The notes under the pieces were generated by a model. That model was not told the origin of the DNA and ran no database searches. It saw only the letters and a list, made by a program, of their open reading frames with translations. A stretch of 64,000 nucleotides of DNA from Bacteroidia bacterium (lineage in GTDB: Bacteria > Bacteroidota > Bacteroidia > NS11-12g > UBA955), in NCBI GenBank assembly GCA_023653095.1, contig JAMNXP010000008.1:22922-86921 (forward strand), given 5' to 3'. The position numbers and the translations under genes are program-made. Of the stretch, positions 18,621 to 29,430 are shown piece by piece. The stretch's first letter is position 1. Each line of letters opens with the position of its first letter.

Positions 18621-19391
18621 TTATTGAGGCACTTTGAATGATTTCTTGAATTGCTCAAAGACATTTTGGGGGTCAATAGTGCTCAATCCCATTTCTTTAA
18701 AAATGGCTTTATCTGGTAAATCGCTAGAGGTTAATTTAGTGAAATGGTTTATGTGTTCTTGAATGGTTTTAGGCAAATCAAATTCTGATTTAGGCGTAAG
18801 CATTACCGCTAAACGAAACACGTCTGCATTGTGCTTTTTCAATTGTTTTGCATCTTCTTTGCTTCCGTTGTCTATTCTTTCTTTGATATCCAAAAATGCC
18901 CTTGCCTTCAAACAGATCAATGCTTCAATATTGGCATGATGTAAACCATCTTCCACCTGACTGTGTTCAATTATGTATTGGTAATAGTCTTTATTTAGGA
19001 GGATCGCTGATAAGCTCGATAGGTTATCATCAACTGGAATAGGAGTTAGATGTGCTTCCTCTTCTAAAACAATCACATCGGGAGCTCTTGAAAACAATTC
19101 TAGTTGATGCGGAAACTCGATATTTGCTGGTTTAACAAATCGGAAATACTCTCTTTCGTCATTGCTTTTTTCCCTTTGTTGGTATTTTCCATCGTTAATA
19201 AACTTCCAAAACTGCTTTACAAAATCAGAACTCAAGGCTTCTACCACCAAAATAATATCTATATCTTTAGTTGCTCTGGGAACAAAGCCTGCTTCATCAA
19301 TGATTATGTCACAAGCAGTACCTCCAATAATGATGTAATTGTTGGGATACTGCTCAAAGTATTTTTTGAACATATTTAATCCTCTTACCAT
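18621..19391 (-). CDS. Predicted nucleotidyltransferase (AbiEii-like toxin)
   Basis: IIGGTAC...RATKDIDI (GG and DxD), LICLKARA, KKHNADV. Overlaps the upstream gene's stop. Confidence 0.75.
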   Translation of the reverse strand: MVRGLNMFKKYFEQYPNNYIIIGGTACDIIIDEAGFVPRATKDIDIILVVEALSSDFVKQFWKFINDGKYQQREKSNDEREYFRFVKPANIEFPHQLELFSRAPDVIVLEEEAHLTPIPVDDNLSSLSAILLNKDYYQYIIEHSQVEDGLHHANIEALICLKARAFLDIKERIDNGSKEDAKQLKKHNADVFRLAVMLTPKSEFDLPKTIQEHINHFTKLTSSDLPDKAIFKEMGLSTIDPQNVFEQFKKSFKVPQ

Positions 19392-20407
19392 ATGAATTTC
19401 TTTAAAATTTCGTCTAATGCCATTTCAATGCGTTCATCTCTGTTGTCCATCATACTGAGATATAATGAGAGCGGATCTACGACTGTTCTTTTATCTGGTA
19501 ATTCGTTGACCAAGGTCAATGGGTTGTATTTCCATACCTCTAACGCATACCTACCTTCATATTCATTGAGATTCACCCATTCATTTCTTTTTTGTAAATC
19601 ATAAAAAACGGTTTTTTCAATTGCGAAATATTCTTGCTTGCTTGGATTCAAATCTGTGTATTCAGGCAAGGCAGATGCATTGCTTTGCAACAGAAATAAA
19701 TCTTTAGGTTTTTCGTCTACATACACCGTTTTAATGATAGGATTTATCAAAAGTTTTTGTTGATAGGCTGTTTTCCATATCTCACTCAATTCACCTCTAA
19801 AACGGATGAATTTTTCTTTTTCTCCTACTACGTCAATTAAATTATGGATTTTTAAATTTTCAATTGCATTTGTAACAGCCATGGGCGTGTAACCTAATTT
19901 CAAGGCAATTTCTTTAAAGGAATGTCCTTCTAATTTCCACTGCTCGTCCCTGTTAATAATTCGGTAAATCAATAGAAATTGTGCAGACGGAAGCAATGAT
20001 TCCTTTTTTTGCTTCGACTTTGAGAGAAAAAAGTTTTCACGCAAGTCAATCAGTAGATTGGGCATGTAGAGTTGTTTTCCCGGTACAATAAAGTTGATGC
20101 CTTTTTCAATCAATCGTTTCCGATTGAAGGCTTGTACATTTGACAATACTATTACTACTTTTTGGTTTAGTAGTTTTTTTAATTGAGTGACCTGTTTTTC
20201 GGTTTGCTGAATACTGAGTTTATCATCATTTTTCAGCTCTGCCAGAATAATTTCTGTATTGAATATAGGTGTTCGGTAAAGTTTGAAGGTCTCATGGATG
20301 TACATTGGGAGCTTATCTAATTGGCTTTTGGCTAATGGACTTACAGATGGCTGAATGCCTAACACTTCCTCAATATATGCCAGCGTATTTCTCATTTTGT
20401 TATCCAT
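19385..20407 (-). CDS. HTH-containing partner protein (AbiEi-like antitoxin/regulator)
   Basis: RKRLIEKGINFIVPGKQLYMP, central HTH FKEIALKLGYTPMAVTNAIENL, C-terminal VDPLSLYLS...DERIE. Translationally coupled to the NTase. Confidence 0.7.
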   Translation of the reverse strand: MDNKMRNTLAYIEEVLGIQPSVSPLAKSQLDKLPMYIHETFKLYRTPIFNTEIILAELKNDDKLSIQQTEKQVTQLKKLLNQKVVIVLSNVQAFNRKRLIEKGINFIVPGKQLYMPNLLIDLRENFFLSKSKQKKESLLPSAQFLLIYRIINRDEQWKLEGHSFKEIALKLGYTPMAVTNAIENLKIHNLIDVVGEKEKFIRFRGELSEIWKTAYQQKLLINPIIKTVYVDEKPKDLFLLQSNASALPEYTDLNPSKQEYFAIEKTVFYDLQKRNEWVNLNEYEGRYALEVWKYNPLTLVNELPDKRTVVDPLSLYLSMMDNRDERIEMALDEILKKFIW

Positions 20408-20421
20408 GATAAAGATTGTTA

Positions 20422-20458
20422 TGCATGATAAAGAAATTAACTTTATTATGCAAATATA
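20422..20458 (-). promoter_or_regulatory. Inverted-repeat operator and -7 promoter of the HTH/NTase pair
   Basis: TGCATGATAAAG-N7-CTTTATTATGCA (11/12 match) at 20422-20452; TATATTTG on the minus strand at 20451-20458. Confidence 0.6.
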
Positions 20459-20476
20459 GGTTTATTGTGCTGATTT

Positions 20477-21241
20477 TTAAATCTCTATCGATTTACCTGT
20501 ATCAAAAAGCAAATGTTCGATTTGTTGCACATAACCCAGTTGATTTGTGACAAGCTTGGTTTTTCCAATTTTAAACTCAGGGATGTTACAATGATGATGT
20601 CCGTATACCCAGTAATCAATGTTGGAAGATTCAATTAAATCAAATAACTCTACCGCAAAAGCTTCGTTGAGTGCATCGCCCTTGTATTGCTCAGGATAGT
20701 TGAGAAAAGTTGGGAGGTGATGCGTAAACACCGCTATTTTTTCTTCTTTGGCAATTGTAAGATCGTTTTGAATAAAGGCTAAACTCTCTCTATGCAGTTC
20801 ATTGTATTGCTCTGATGAAAAACGATATCCATTGTGCTTTATCAATCGAAAATCATTCATGCTTCTTTCAATATGCCATTGATTGCCTTCGCTGATGCGG
20901 CTCCAAAGCGTTGAAAATAGCAGACGGGTGTTTTTATAAACGGCCGATGTGTTATTGACTAAAAAGACATTACTCTTGATTTTTTCATTGAGCGTTCCAC
21001 ATTTCTTTGAGATATCAAAGTGATAGTATTCATGATTTCCGGGCAGCCAATAGGTAGCTTCAAAATTATCTGCCACATAATTGAAAAAATCATGGTGTTT
21101 ATCAAGTATTTTAAAAGGAACAATATCGCCTGCCAATACCAATACATCTCCTACTGGTTGAAGTGGGTGCTGCTTAATAAATTTCTTGTTTTCAGGGAAC
21201 TCTAAATGGAGATCTGAGGCGTATTGAATATAAGTGGCCAT
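20477..21241 (-). CDS. Calcineurin-like metallophosphoesterase
   Basis: SDLHLE, AGDI, PGNHE, HHLP and GHHH motifs. Confidence 0.9.
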   Translation of the reverse strand: MATYIQYASDLHLEFPENKKFIKQHPLQPVGDVLVLAGDIVPFKILDKHHDFFNYVADNFEATYWLPGNHEYYHFDISKKCGTLNEKIKSNVFLVNNTSAVYKNTRLLFSTLWSRISEGNQWHIERSMNDFRLIKHNGYRFSSEQYNELHRESLAFIQNDLTIAKEEKIAVFTHHLPTFLNYPEQYKGDALNEAFAVELFDLIESSNIDYWVYGHHHCNIPEFKIGKTKLVTNQLGYVQQIEHLLFDTGKSIEI

Positions 21242-21283
21242 CGTTTATTTTAGTTGCATTACAAGGTTAGTATACTGGCTTTA

Positions 21284-21984
21284 CTATGGTTTTCGGTGTA
21301 ATTTCTTTGTTTCCTTTTCTAGATGCTCAATAAAATGTTTTTCTATATCGCTTAATTCTGTTAAAGAGCTTTCTTTATATTTTTCGTATTCAAATTGTGC
21401 TTTATTCAGCATCTGTTGATGACTGATTGTGCAGCCCAATGCATCTTATTTTGAACAGTTTGAAAAAATAGAACCGACATATCATTTTTAGGATCATAAT
21501 CAACACTCGTAGCATAAATTTCGAGCACTTTCCGCCAAAACACCTTTTCGCTACTTCGTATGTCTCGAATACGTGCGAGTAATTCATCAAAGTAGTTACC
21601 ACCGCCAGCTTGTTTCAGGAGCTCGTCATTGATGGTGAATCCTTTGATAAGATACTCTTTTAGCCTAGCTGTAGCCCATTGCCTGAATTTCGTTCCCTGA
21701 TGGCTTTTAACCCGATAACCTACAGAAATGATTGCATCAAGATTGTAAATATTGGTAGGCTTTGTAGAAAAATCGGAATTTCCGATTTTTCTCATTGTGG
21801 CGTTTTTTTCAAGCTCTTGCTCTCGGTAGATATTTAGTAAATGTTCATTAATGGTTGAACGCGACTTTTGAAACAATTCAGCCATTTGATCTATAGTTAA
21901 CCAAACGGTTTCGTCTTCAAGCCGAGTCTCAATTTTAGTAAGTCCATCTTCCGTTTGATAAATTATGATGTTACTGTCTGCCAT
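21284..21984 (-). pseudogene. RhuM-family gene with internal deletion and frameshift
   Basis: N-terminal half YNLDAIISVGYRV...FRQWAT...RIRDIRSSEK...QNKMHWAA, joined out of frame to the C-terminus TISHQQMLNKAQFEYEKYK...IEKHF. Confidence 0.8.
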
Positions 21985-22118
21985 GATTATTTATTAATTG
22001 AGTTAAGTAATTGTTGATTTCTTCTCGTGCCTTCAGCAATTATCCCTAAAAGTGTTCAATTTAATTCTATACAATGAGAATGTCAACCTCCGCAGAATTT
22101 TCTCTAAATCTTCGCCAT

Positions 22119-22235
22119 ATGAAGTCTTCCATCCGTGAGGTTGTAATTGTTATTCTGTCTGTGGTTTGCGGGGCGACGGTGAATGCGCAGACTTCGCCGA
22201 GTTTGAGTCCCCAGGGAAAAGTGAAATGTCCTTGA
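22119..22235 (+). pseudogene. Truncated 5' fragment of a secreted-protein gene (repeat copy 2)
   Basis: MKSSIREVVIVILSVVCGATVNAQTSPSLSPQGKVKCP*: a signal peptide followed by an early stop. Confidence 0.55.
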
Positions 22236-22271
22236 GATTGAGTATTCGCTGAGATTTTGTATTATTGTAAT

Positions 22272-22691
22272 ATGCAATTAATTAAAGCAGTTCTACTTCC
22301 GTTGCTCTTTTTGGGGATGATGAATCCGTTGAAGTCGCAAAATACAGATTTGCACCAAGGGGCAAAGGTGGGTATTGGTGTGGCTGCGGTTGCTGGAATA
22401 GCTGTACTTGCGGGCGATTGGCTCATGAAAACTACGTCTTCTGGCGAATTGACCATAGATACTTTGCAAAAGAAACAGTCGCTTTCAAAAATGTTAAAGA
22501 GTTCGAGAACGGCAGGAGTGATTGCGGTAAGCAGCGGAATCATTGGTTACGCGCTACTAGAGAGAGGGCAATTGCCGGGAGCTTTGGTGTTTGGAGGTAT
22601 GTCTTTAACGTCATCGGTGGTGGCGATTTTGAAGAAAAGACAGTGGGAAAATACGGTGAGTCAGCGTTTGGATATGCTCAACCGTAAATGA
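22272..22691 (+). CDS. Hypothetical membrane protein
   Basis: Signal peptide plus 2-3 Gly-rich hydrophobic segments; overlaps the next start. Confidence 0.65.
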   Translation: MQLIKAVLLPLLFLGMMNPLKSQNTDLHQGAKVGIGVAAVAGIAVLAGDWLMKTTSSGELTIDTLQKKQSLSKMLKSSRTAGVIAVSSGIIGYALLERGQLPGALVFGGMSLTSSVVAILKKRQWENTVSQRLDMLNRK

Positions 22692-23209
22692 AATATTCTT
22701 TTAGAATGAATTCCTTATTTAGAAGATTGATTCTAACAATTGGTCTTTTTATTTATTCCTGGGGATTGTATGCTCAGGATTCTACCAAAATTTGGAATGA
22801 GATACCGAGTCCTTTGGGCTGGGTCAGCGATTTTGAAGGGGATTTTACTTTGTCGGAAATTCAGAGTTTAGAGGGAATAATCAAGGATTTTGAGAAAAGA
22901 ACATCCATCGAAATAGCGGTAATTACCATACCCAAGGGGGCGGTTTCAAAGGGTGATTTTGAAAAGTTATCGTTGAAGATAGCCCGTGCATGGAAGGTGG
23001 GTAAAAAGAAAAAAAACAACGGTATTCTCATTGCAGTTTCCAAAGGTCATCGAATGATTCGTATTCAAAATGGAAGTGGTGTTCAAGATGAATTATCCGA
23101 CAGCGAGACAAAGCGAATCATTGATGATGTTATAATACCTCGATTTAAACAAGATCAATATTATCTGGGAGTTTTTGAAGGTATTTTGGAAATTGTAAAA
23201 AATATCTAA
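22688..23209 (+). CDS. TPM-domain protein
   Basis: GWVSDFE...EIAVITI...WKVGKKKKNNGILI...RIQNG...IIPRFKQDQYYLG. Confidence 0.88.
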   Translation: MKYSFRMNSLFRRLILTIGLFIYSWGLYAQDSTKIWNEIPSPLGWVSDFEGDFTLSEIQSLEGIIKDFEKRTSIEIAVITIPKGAVSKGDFEKLSLKIARAWKVGKKKKNNGILIAVSKGHRMIRIQNGSGVQDELSDSETKRIIDDVIIPRFKQDQYYLGVFEGILEIVKNI

Positions 23210-23445
23210 AGTCTGTAAATTCAAGGTTTGTCTCGTCTTGGAGAGAGATTCCAGTGGCGTTGAATGCGAATTAACTCATCGAAATCACCAAAATAGGTAT
23301 GAATTTGGTGATTATAATCGCTAAAATAGGGTATAAATTGGTGATTAAGGGAGATGATGGATTTACGAAATCCCCTTAAATAAAAATGAATGTTTAAGGA
23401 TTTTCCATATGGATTAAATTTCATTATATCATAGATTCGCAGTTC

Positions 23446-24207
23446 ATGAGCAAATCTCTGAATATAATATTGTTGGTAGGTCTATTTGCACTATATGGCT
23501 GTGAGAAAGACCCTACAACAAACGATGAAAAAACCGCTTTCAAAAGTTATTCTGTTTATGAGGGTGAAAGTCTTACTTCCATGCAACTCACCAACGAGTT
23601 TACATTTAAGTTTAATGCACAAGGACTATTGGTTTTGAGAACCAATAGATCTTATTTTAATGGATTGTTGCAAGGTACTTGGTATTCTGATTTTCAGTAC
23701 CAAGACAATACAATAGTTGAGTCGCGTTCGAGTGATATGAATATGAGTGTACCATACCTCCGGATGTTTCACCTTTTAAATAAAGATAGGCTAGTGGTAA
23801 CAGACAGTATTGTTGTTTTATCGAATTCGAATAACACAGTGAATCATTATACTTATGAAAACGGGCATAGAATCTATAATTACCTAGATGATACCATGAA
23901 CAGTGGAAGTGTTTTTGCTTGGAAAGGTGACAATCAAACTCATGAGTATCTAATAGTGGGTTTGATGGGTCGTCAAGAAATTGCCGCCTATGAATACGGC
24001 AATAAATTGAATACCATTGACTTTGGGGATTTTTGGTTGGATGGTGAAAAAAGCAAGAACCTACCAGAGAAATGCACAGAGCCCAATTACGAATATACCT
24101 ACACCTACAAGATAGAATCAGACGGATTTGTCAGCGAACGCATTACGGCGGTTTCTAGTCCGGGTGGGGCACCGTACCGCTACGAAAAGATTGTTTATCA
24201 CAGATAG
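23446..24207 (+). CDS. Hypothetical lipoprotein (YD-repeat-like beta protein)
   Basis: Lipobox LYGC followed by EKD; Tyr-rich beta segments. Confidence 0.7.
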   Translation: MSKSLNIILLVGLFALYGCEKDPTTNDEKTAFKSYSVYEGESLTSMQLTNEFTFKFNAQGLLVLRTNRSYFNGLLQGTWYSDFQYQDNTIVESRSSDMNMSVPYLRMFHLLNKDRLVVTDSIVVLSNSNNTVNHYTYENGHRIYNYLDDTMNSGSVFAWKGDNQTHEYLIVGLMGRQEIAAYEYGNKLNTIDFGDFWLDGEKSKNLPEKCTEPNYEYTYTYKIESDGFVSERITAVSSPGGAPYRYEKIVYHR

Positions 24208-24416
24208 AATTTCTTTAGGGCCTTTTGGGGGATGAAAAACGCTAAATGTTAAATTGACACTAATTTTTTTTTGAGGAAAACGAACCGATAATATAACTCA
24301 TGTCTTAAGCATGTTAAAATTTGCCATTTATTTTTCTGTAATATTCTAATCTTTTATTAATAGGTATAATTTCTAGTCAATAAAAATGCTGCTACCCCAG
24401 TATTTGTGAGTTGGCT

Positions 24417-26714
<2,298 letters not shown>

Positions 26715-27158
26715 TTACTTCCTTTTACCCGTTAGTTCCGAGTAAAACTTTGTTCCTTGGTTGAAATTGATATTGGTAATTTTTACTTCAGTGGCGGTGA
26801 GAGTGGCAATGTTAAATTCGTCTGCGTCAGCCATATCTGGAGTATCTGACAACTTTAGAACTTTATTGGTAACAGAGTAGTAGCCAGAATTTGATTTAAC
26901 GTCTGTTCCCATTGTTATAGTGTTAACATACATATTGTTGGCTTGGAATTCAATCATAAGTTCTCCTGGGCCGTAAACTGTTGTATCTCCAAATAATACA
27001 ACATTTGTTGATGAATCAGAAATTGTGAAAATTTCTTTGTTGATTTCCCACTTTCCAACAATGGATGGTTCTGCTGGTTTTTCTTCTTCCGTGCAAGAGG
27101 TTCCTAAAGCTACCAAAGCCAAAGCGATAGCAGAAAATTTTACGAAATCTTTTCTCAT
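26715..27158 (-). CDS. Lipocalin-like lipoprotein, tandem copy 1
   Basis: Lipobox GTSC followed by TEEEKP and SIVGKW (lipocalin-like GxW). Start at ATG 27158 after a TATTTTTG promoter. Confidence 0.8.
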   Translation of the reverse strand: MRKDFVKFSAIALALVALGTSCTEEEKPAEPSIVGKWEINKEIFTISDSSTNVVLFGDTTVYGPGELMIEFQANNMYVNTITMGTDVKSNSGYYSVTNKVLKLSDTPDMADADEFNIATLTATEVKITNINFNQGTKFYSELTGKRK

Positions 27159-27159
27159 A

Positions 27160-27298
27160 TTATAACAAAAATAAGTCATTGTTAATGTATGATTTACAGA
27201 ATTCAAAGTTCTATGACTTTCTTTTGACACCCATCTTATTGACGGTGCTGATGAATATTTCCAAAATAGGGTTGGGTTTTAAGAATCTACGGTGCTCG
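27160..27298 (-). pseudogene. Degenerate duplicate of the photolyase 3' end, carrying the promoter of copy 1
   Basis: Colinear nucleotide similarity to about 27854-27992. Confidence 0.65.
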
Positions 27299-27313
27299 AA
27301 GATTAATTTGCCA

Positions 27314-27407
27314 TCAGCGGTCAGCGGTCAGCTGAAAGCCGTCAGCCGTCAGCCGTCAGCCGTCAGCTGAATGCTGTGGGCCGAAAGCTGATAGCTGATA
27401 GCTGATA
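27314..27407. repeat. Heptamer array CAGCGGT/CAGCCGT...TAGCTGA
   Basis: Directly visible; same units as 26545-26714. Confidence 0.9.
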
Positions 27408-27408
27408 T

Positions 27409-27852
27409 TTACTTCCTCTTACCAGTAATTTCCTGGTACCACTTGGTTCCTTCGTCGTATTCTGAGAAGGTTAATTTAACGTCAGTGGTGGTGAGTACGT
27501 CAATGTTCATTACTCCTGCATCCATCATGTCGGCGGTTTCAGCAATTTTTAAGGTTTTTCCAGATACACTGTAATAGCTGGTATCTGCATATACAACTGA
27601 ACCATCCTTCTCAGTTGAGATAACCATGTTATTTGCTTGGAAATTTATTGTATATTCACCAGCAGCATACATGGTAGTGTCGCCAAAAAGTAAAGTATTC
27701 GTCGCTGAATCTGACATGGTGAATAATATCTTGTTGATGTCCCAAGTTCCAACGATGGATGGGTCTGCTGGTTTTTCTTCCTCGGTGCATGAGGTTCCGA
27801 ATGCTACTAATGCAAACGCAAACGCAGAAAGTTTTACTAAATTTTTTCTCAT
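27409..27852 (-). CDS. Lipocalin-like lipoprotein, tandem copy 2
   Basis: Same length (147 aa) and motifs as copy 1 (GTSCTEEEKP, SIVGTW, ITGKRK). Confidence 0.8.
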   Translation of the reverse strand: MRKNLVKLSAFAFALVAFGTSCTEEEKPADPSIVGTWDINKILFTMSDSATNTLLFGDTTMYAAGEYTINFQANNMVISTEKDGSVVYADTSYYSVSGKTLKIAETADMMDAGVMNIDVLTTTDVKLTFSEYDEGTKWYQEITGKRK

Positions 27853-27856
27853 AGTT

Positions 27857-29362
27857 CTACAAAGATAGGTCATTGTAAAAGTAGGAGTTGCAGATTTCGA
27901 CGATTTCTGACTTTCGTTCGACACTCATCTTGTCGTAGGTGATGATGAGCATTCCCAATCTGGGATTGTGTTGGAGGAATTGACGATGCTCGTTCATGAA
28001 TCGCCAGAATAGAGCATCCCAAAGTTTTTGCCAAGGCTGTTTGGACTTTGGGTAGTCTGACATTTTAAGAATATAGTTGCTTCCTGAGAAATAGGGCTTG
28101 CTGACCATGAGTCCGCCATCAGCGAATTGAGACATTCCGTAGACGTTGGGAACCATGACCCAATCATAGGCATCAATGTAAAGTTCCATGAACCACTTGT
28201 AGACTTCGTGGGGATGGATTTCGCAGAGTAGGAAGAAGTTTCCTATGACCATGAGTCGTTCAATGTGGTGCGAATAACCCGTTTCTAGGAGGTTTTTGAT
28301 GACGTTGTCAATCGGTTCAATGCCGGTAGTACCAGTATAAAAAGATGCAGGTATTTTTCTGTGAAAATTCAGGAAGTTGGAGTTTCGTTGTTTTGATCCT
28401 TCCCTAACATAAAGCATCCTCACAAATTCACGCCAGCCTATGATTTGTCTGATGAATCCTTCCAAAGCATTCATTGGTAAAGGGTTGCTTGCGTGAAATT
28501 CTAAGGTAGTTTCAATGACTTCGTTGGGCGTGATGAGTCCAGCGTTGAGCATAGGACTCAAAACTGAATGATACACAAAGCGGGCATCGGGGTTTTGAGA
28601 AAACGCGTCTTCGAGATCTCCAAAAAGGGGCATCCTATTTTCTAAAAAATCAGTGAGAAATTCACGGGTTTCAGCGGCAGTTGTTGGATAAAATTGTTGA
28701 CGATTCTTAAAATAGGAGAAGGTACCTGGATTGTTTGGGAAGTGCTGTTCTATATAGTTGCAAGCAGATTCAAAATCTGATTGTGTTGCGGGGAATTTGG
28801 GTTGTGGGGGTATGTGGTTCTTGGGGAAACTTTTACGGTTATCAGAGTCGAACGTGAGTTTGCCTCCCAAGGGTTTTTGTTGGTCATCCATGAGGATGTT
28901 CAGGCGCTTGCGCTGAAAGGAATAGAAGTCGGTTTGGAAGTAACGTTTTTTGGAGTTTAAAAATTCGTGGGCAACGTTAGCAGGAGTGAGGAAAGAAGGG
29001 TTTTCGTAGGTGATGAGGTCTGTAAGTGTGCCTTGCAGACCAAGTTTAAGGTGTTTGGTTAACCAGTTGTCTACAGGGTCAACCCAATGAATTTGATGGA
29101 ATTTTTGGCTTAAATAAGCCGCCAGGTTTTTAGCGTTTGAGAGTGTGTCATGAAACTCTACGTACTGAACTTTTTTTCCGTTTTGGATGAGGTTTTCAGC
29201 GAAACGCTGCATGCTGAGTCGGTGGAAAGCGAGTTTGATTTTGTGAAATTTGAATTGGGTAAAGAACAAATCACTTTCAACTATGTACCAAACATCTACT
29301 TTTCCCTCAAGGGGATGTTTTTCAAACAATTGATGCGGAAAAACAACTCCTGCTGCACTCAT
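27857..29362 (-). CDS. Cryptochrome/photolyase family protein (PhrB/CryB-related (6-4) photolyase clade)
   Basis: VFPHQLF, FHKIKL, PLGGKLTFDSDNRK, HSVLSPMLN, EGFIRQIIGWREF, HHIERLM, DAYDWVMVPNV, KPY. Confidence 0.9.
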   Translation of the reverse strand: MSAAGVVFPHQLFEKHPLEGKVDVWYIVESDLFFTQFKFHKIKLAFHRLSMQRFAENLIQNGKKVQYVEFHDTLSNAKNLAAYLSQKFHQIHWVDPVDNWLTKHLKLGLQGTLTDLITYENPSFLTPANVAHEFLNSKKRYFQTDFYSFQRKRLNILMDDQQKPLGGKLTFDSDNRKSFPKNHIPPQPKFPATQSDFESACNYIEQHFPNNPGTFSYFKNRQQFYPTTAAETREFLTDFLENRMPLFGDLEDAFSQNPDARFVYHSVLSPMLNAGLITPNEVIETTLEFHASNPLPMNALEGFIRQIIGWREFVRMLYVREGSKQRNSNFLNFHRKIPASFYTGTTGIEPIDNVIKNLLETGYSHHIERLMVIGNFFLLCEIHPHEVYKWFMELYIDAYDWVMVPNVYGMSQFADGGLMVSKPYFSGSNYILKMSDYPKSKQPWQKLWDALFWRFMNEHRQFLQHNPRLGMLIITYDKMSVERKSEIVEICNSYFYNDLSL

Positions 29363-29430
29363 GCAGAAGCAACAAAAGAAATGCTATTTTGTTTAAACGA
29401 ATTCCGTTTGAGAACGTCTAACTTTGTATT

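Larger units (their letters stand above)
12796..22235. mobile_element. tRNA-Asp-adjacent accessory/defence island (no integrase seen)
   Basis: Abrupt switch to largely AT-rich non-core genes (WYL, nuclease, AAA, TA-like pair, rhuM relic, pseudogenes) right after a tRNA. The right boundary is approximate. Confidence 0.6.

Noticed and set aside
21985-22050. Possible 3' remnant of an hsdM-like gene upstream of rhuM
   Set aside because: About 20 codons, two frames equally plausible, and no diagnostic motif.
22201-22214. GTTTGAGTCCC in the direct repeats as an attR copy of the tRNA-Asp T-arm (GTTCGAGTCCC)
   Set aside because: Only 10/11 nt match, it does not extend into the acceptor stem, and it is explained by the coding sequence SLSP.
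27159-27230. 24-aa N-terminal extensions on the lipocalin-like ORFs (also 27853-27924)
   Set aside because: The -7 promoter lies inside them and the lipoprotein signal starts at the downstream ATG.
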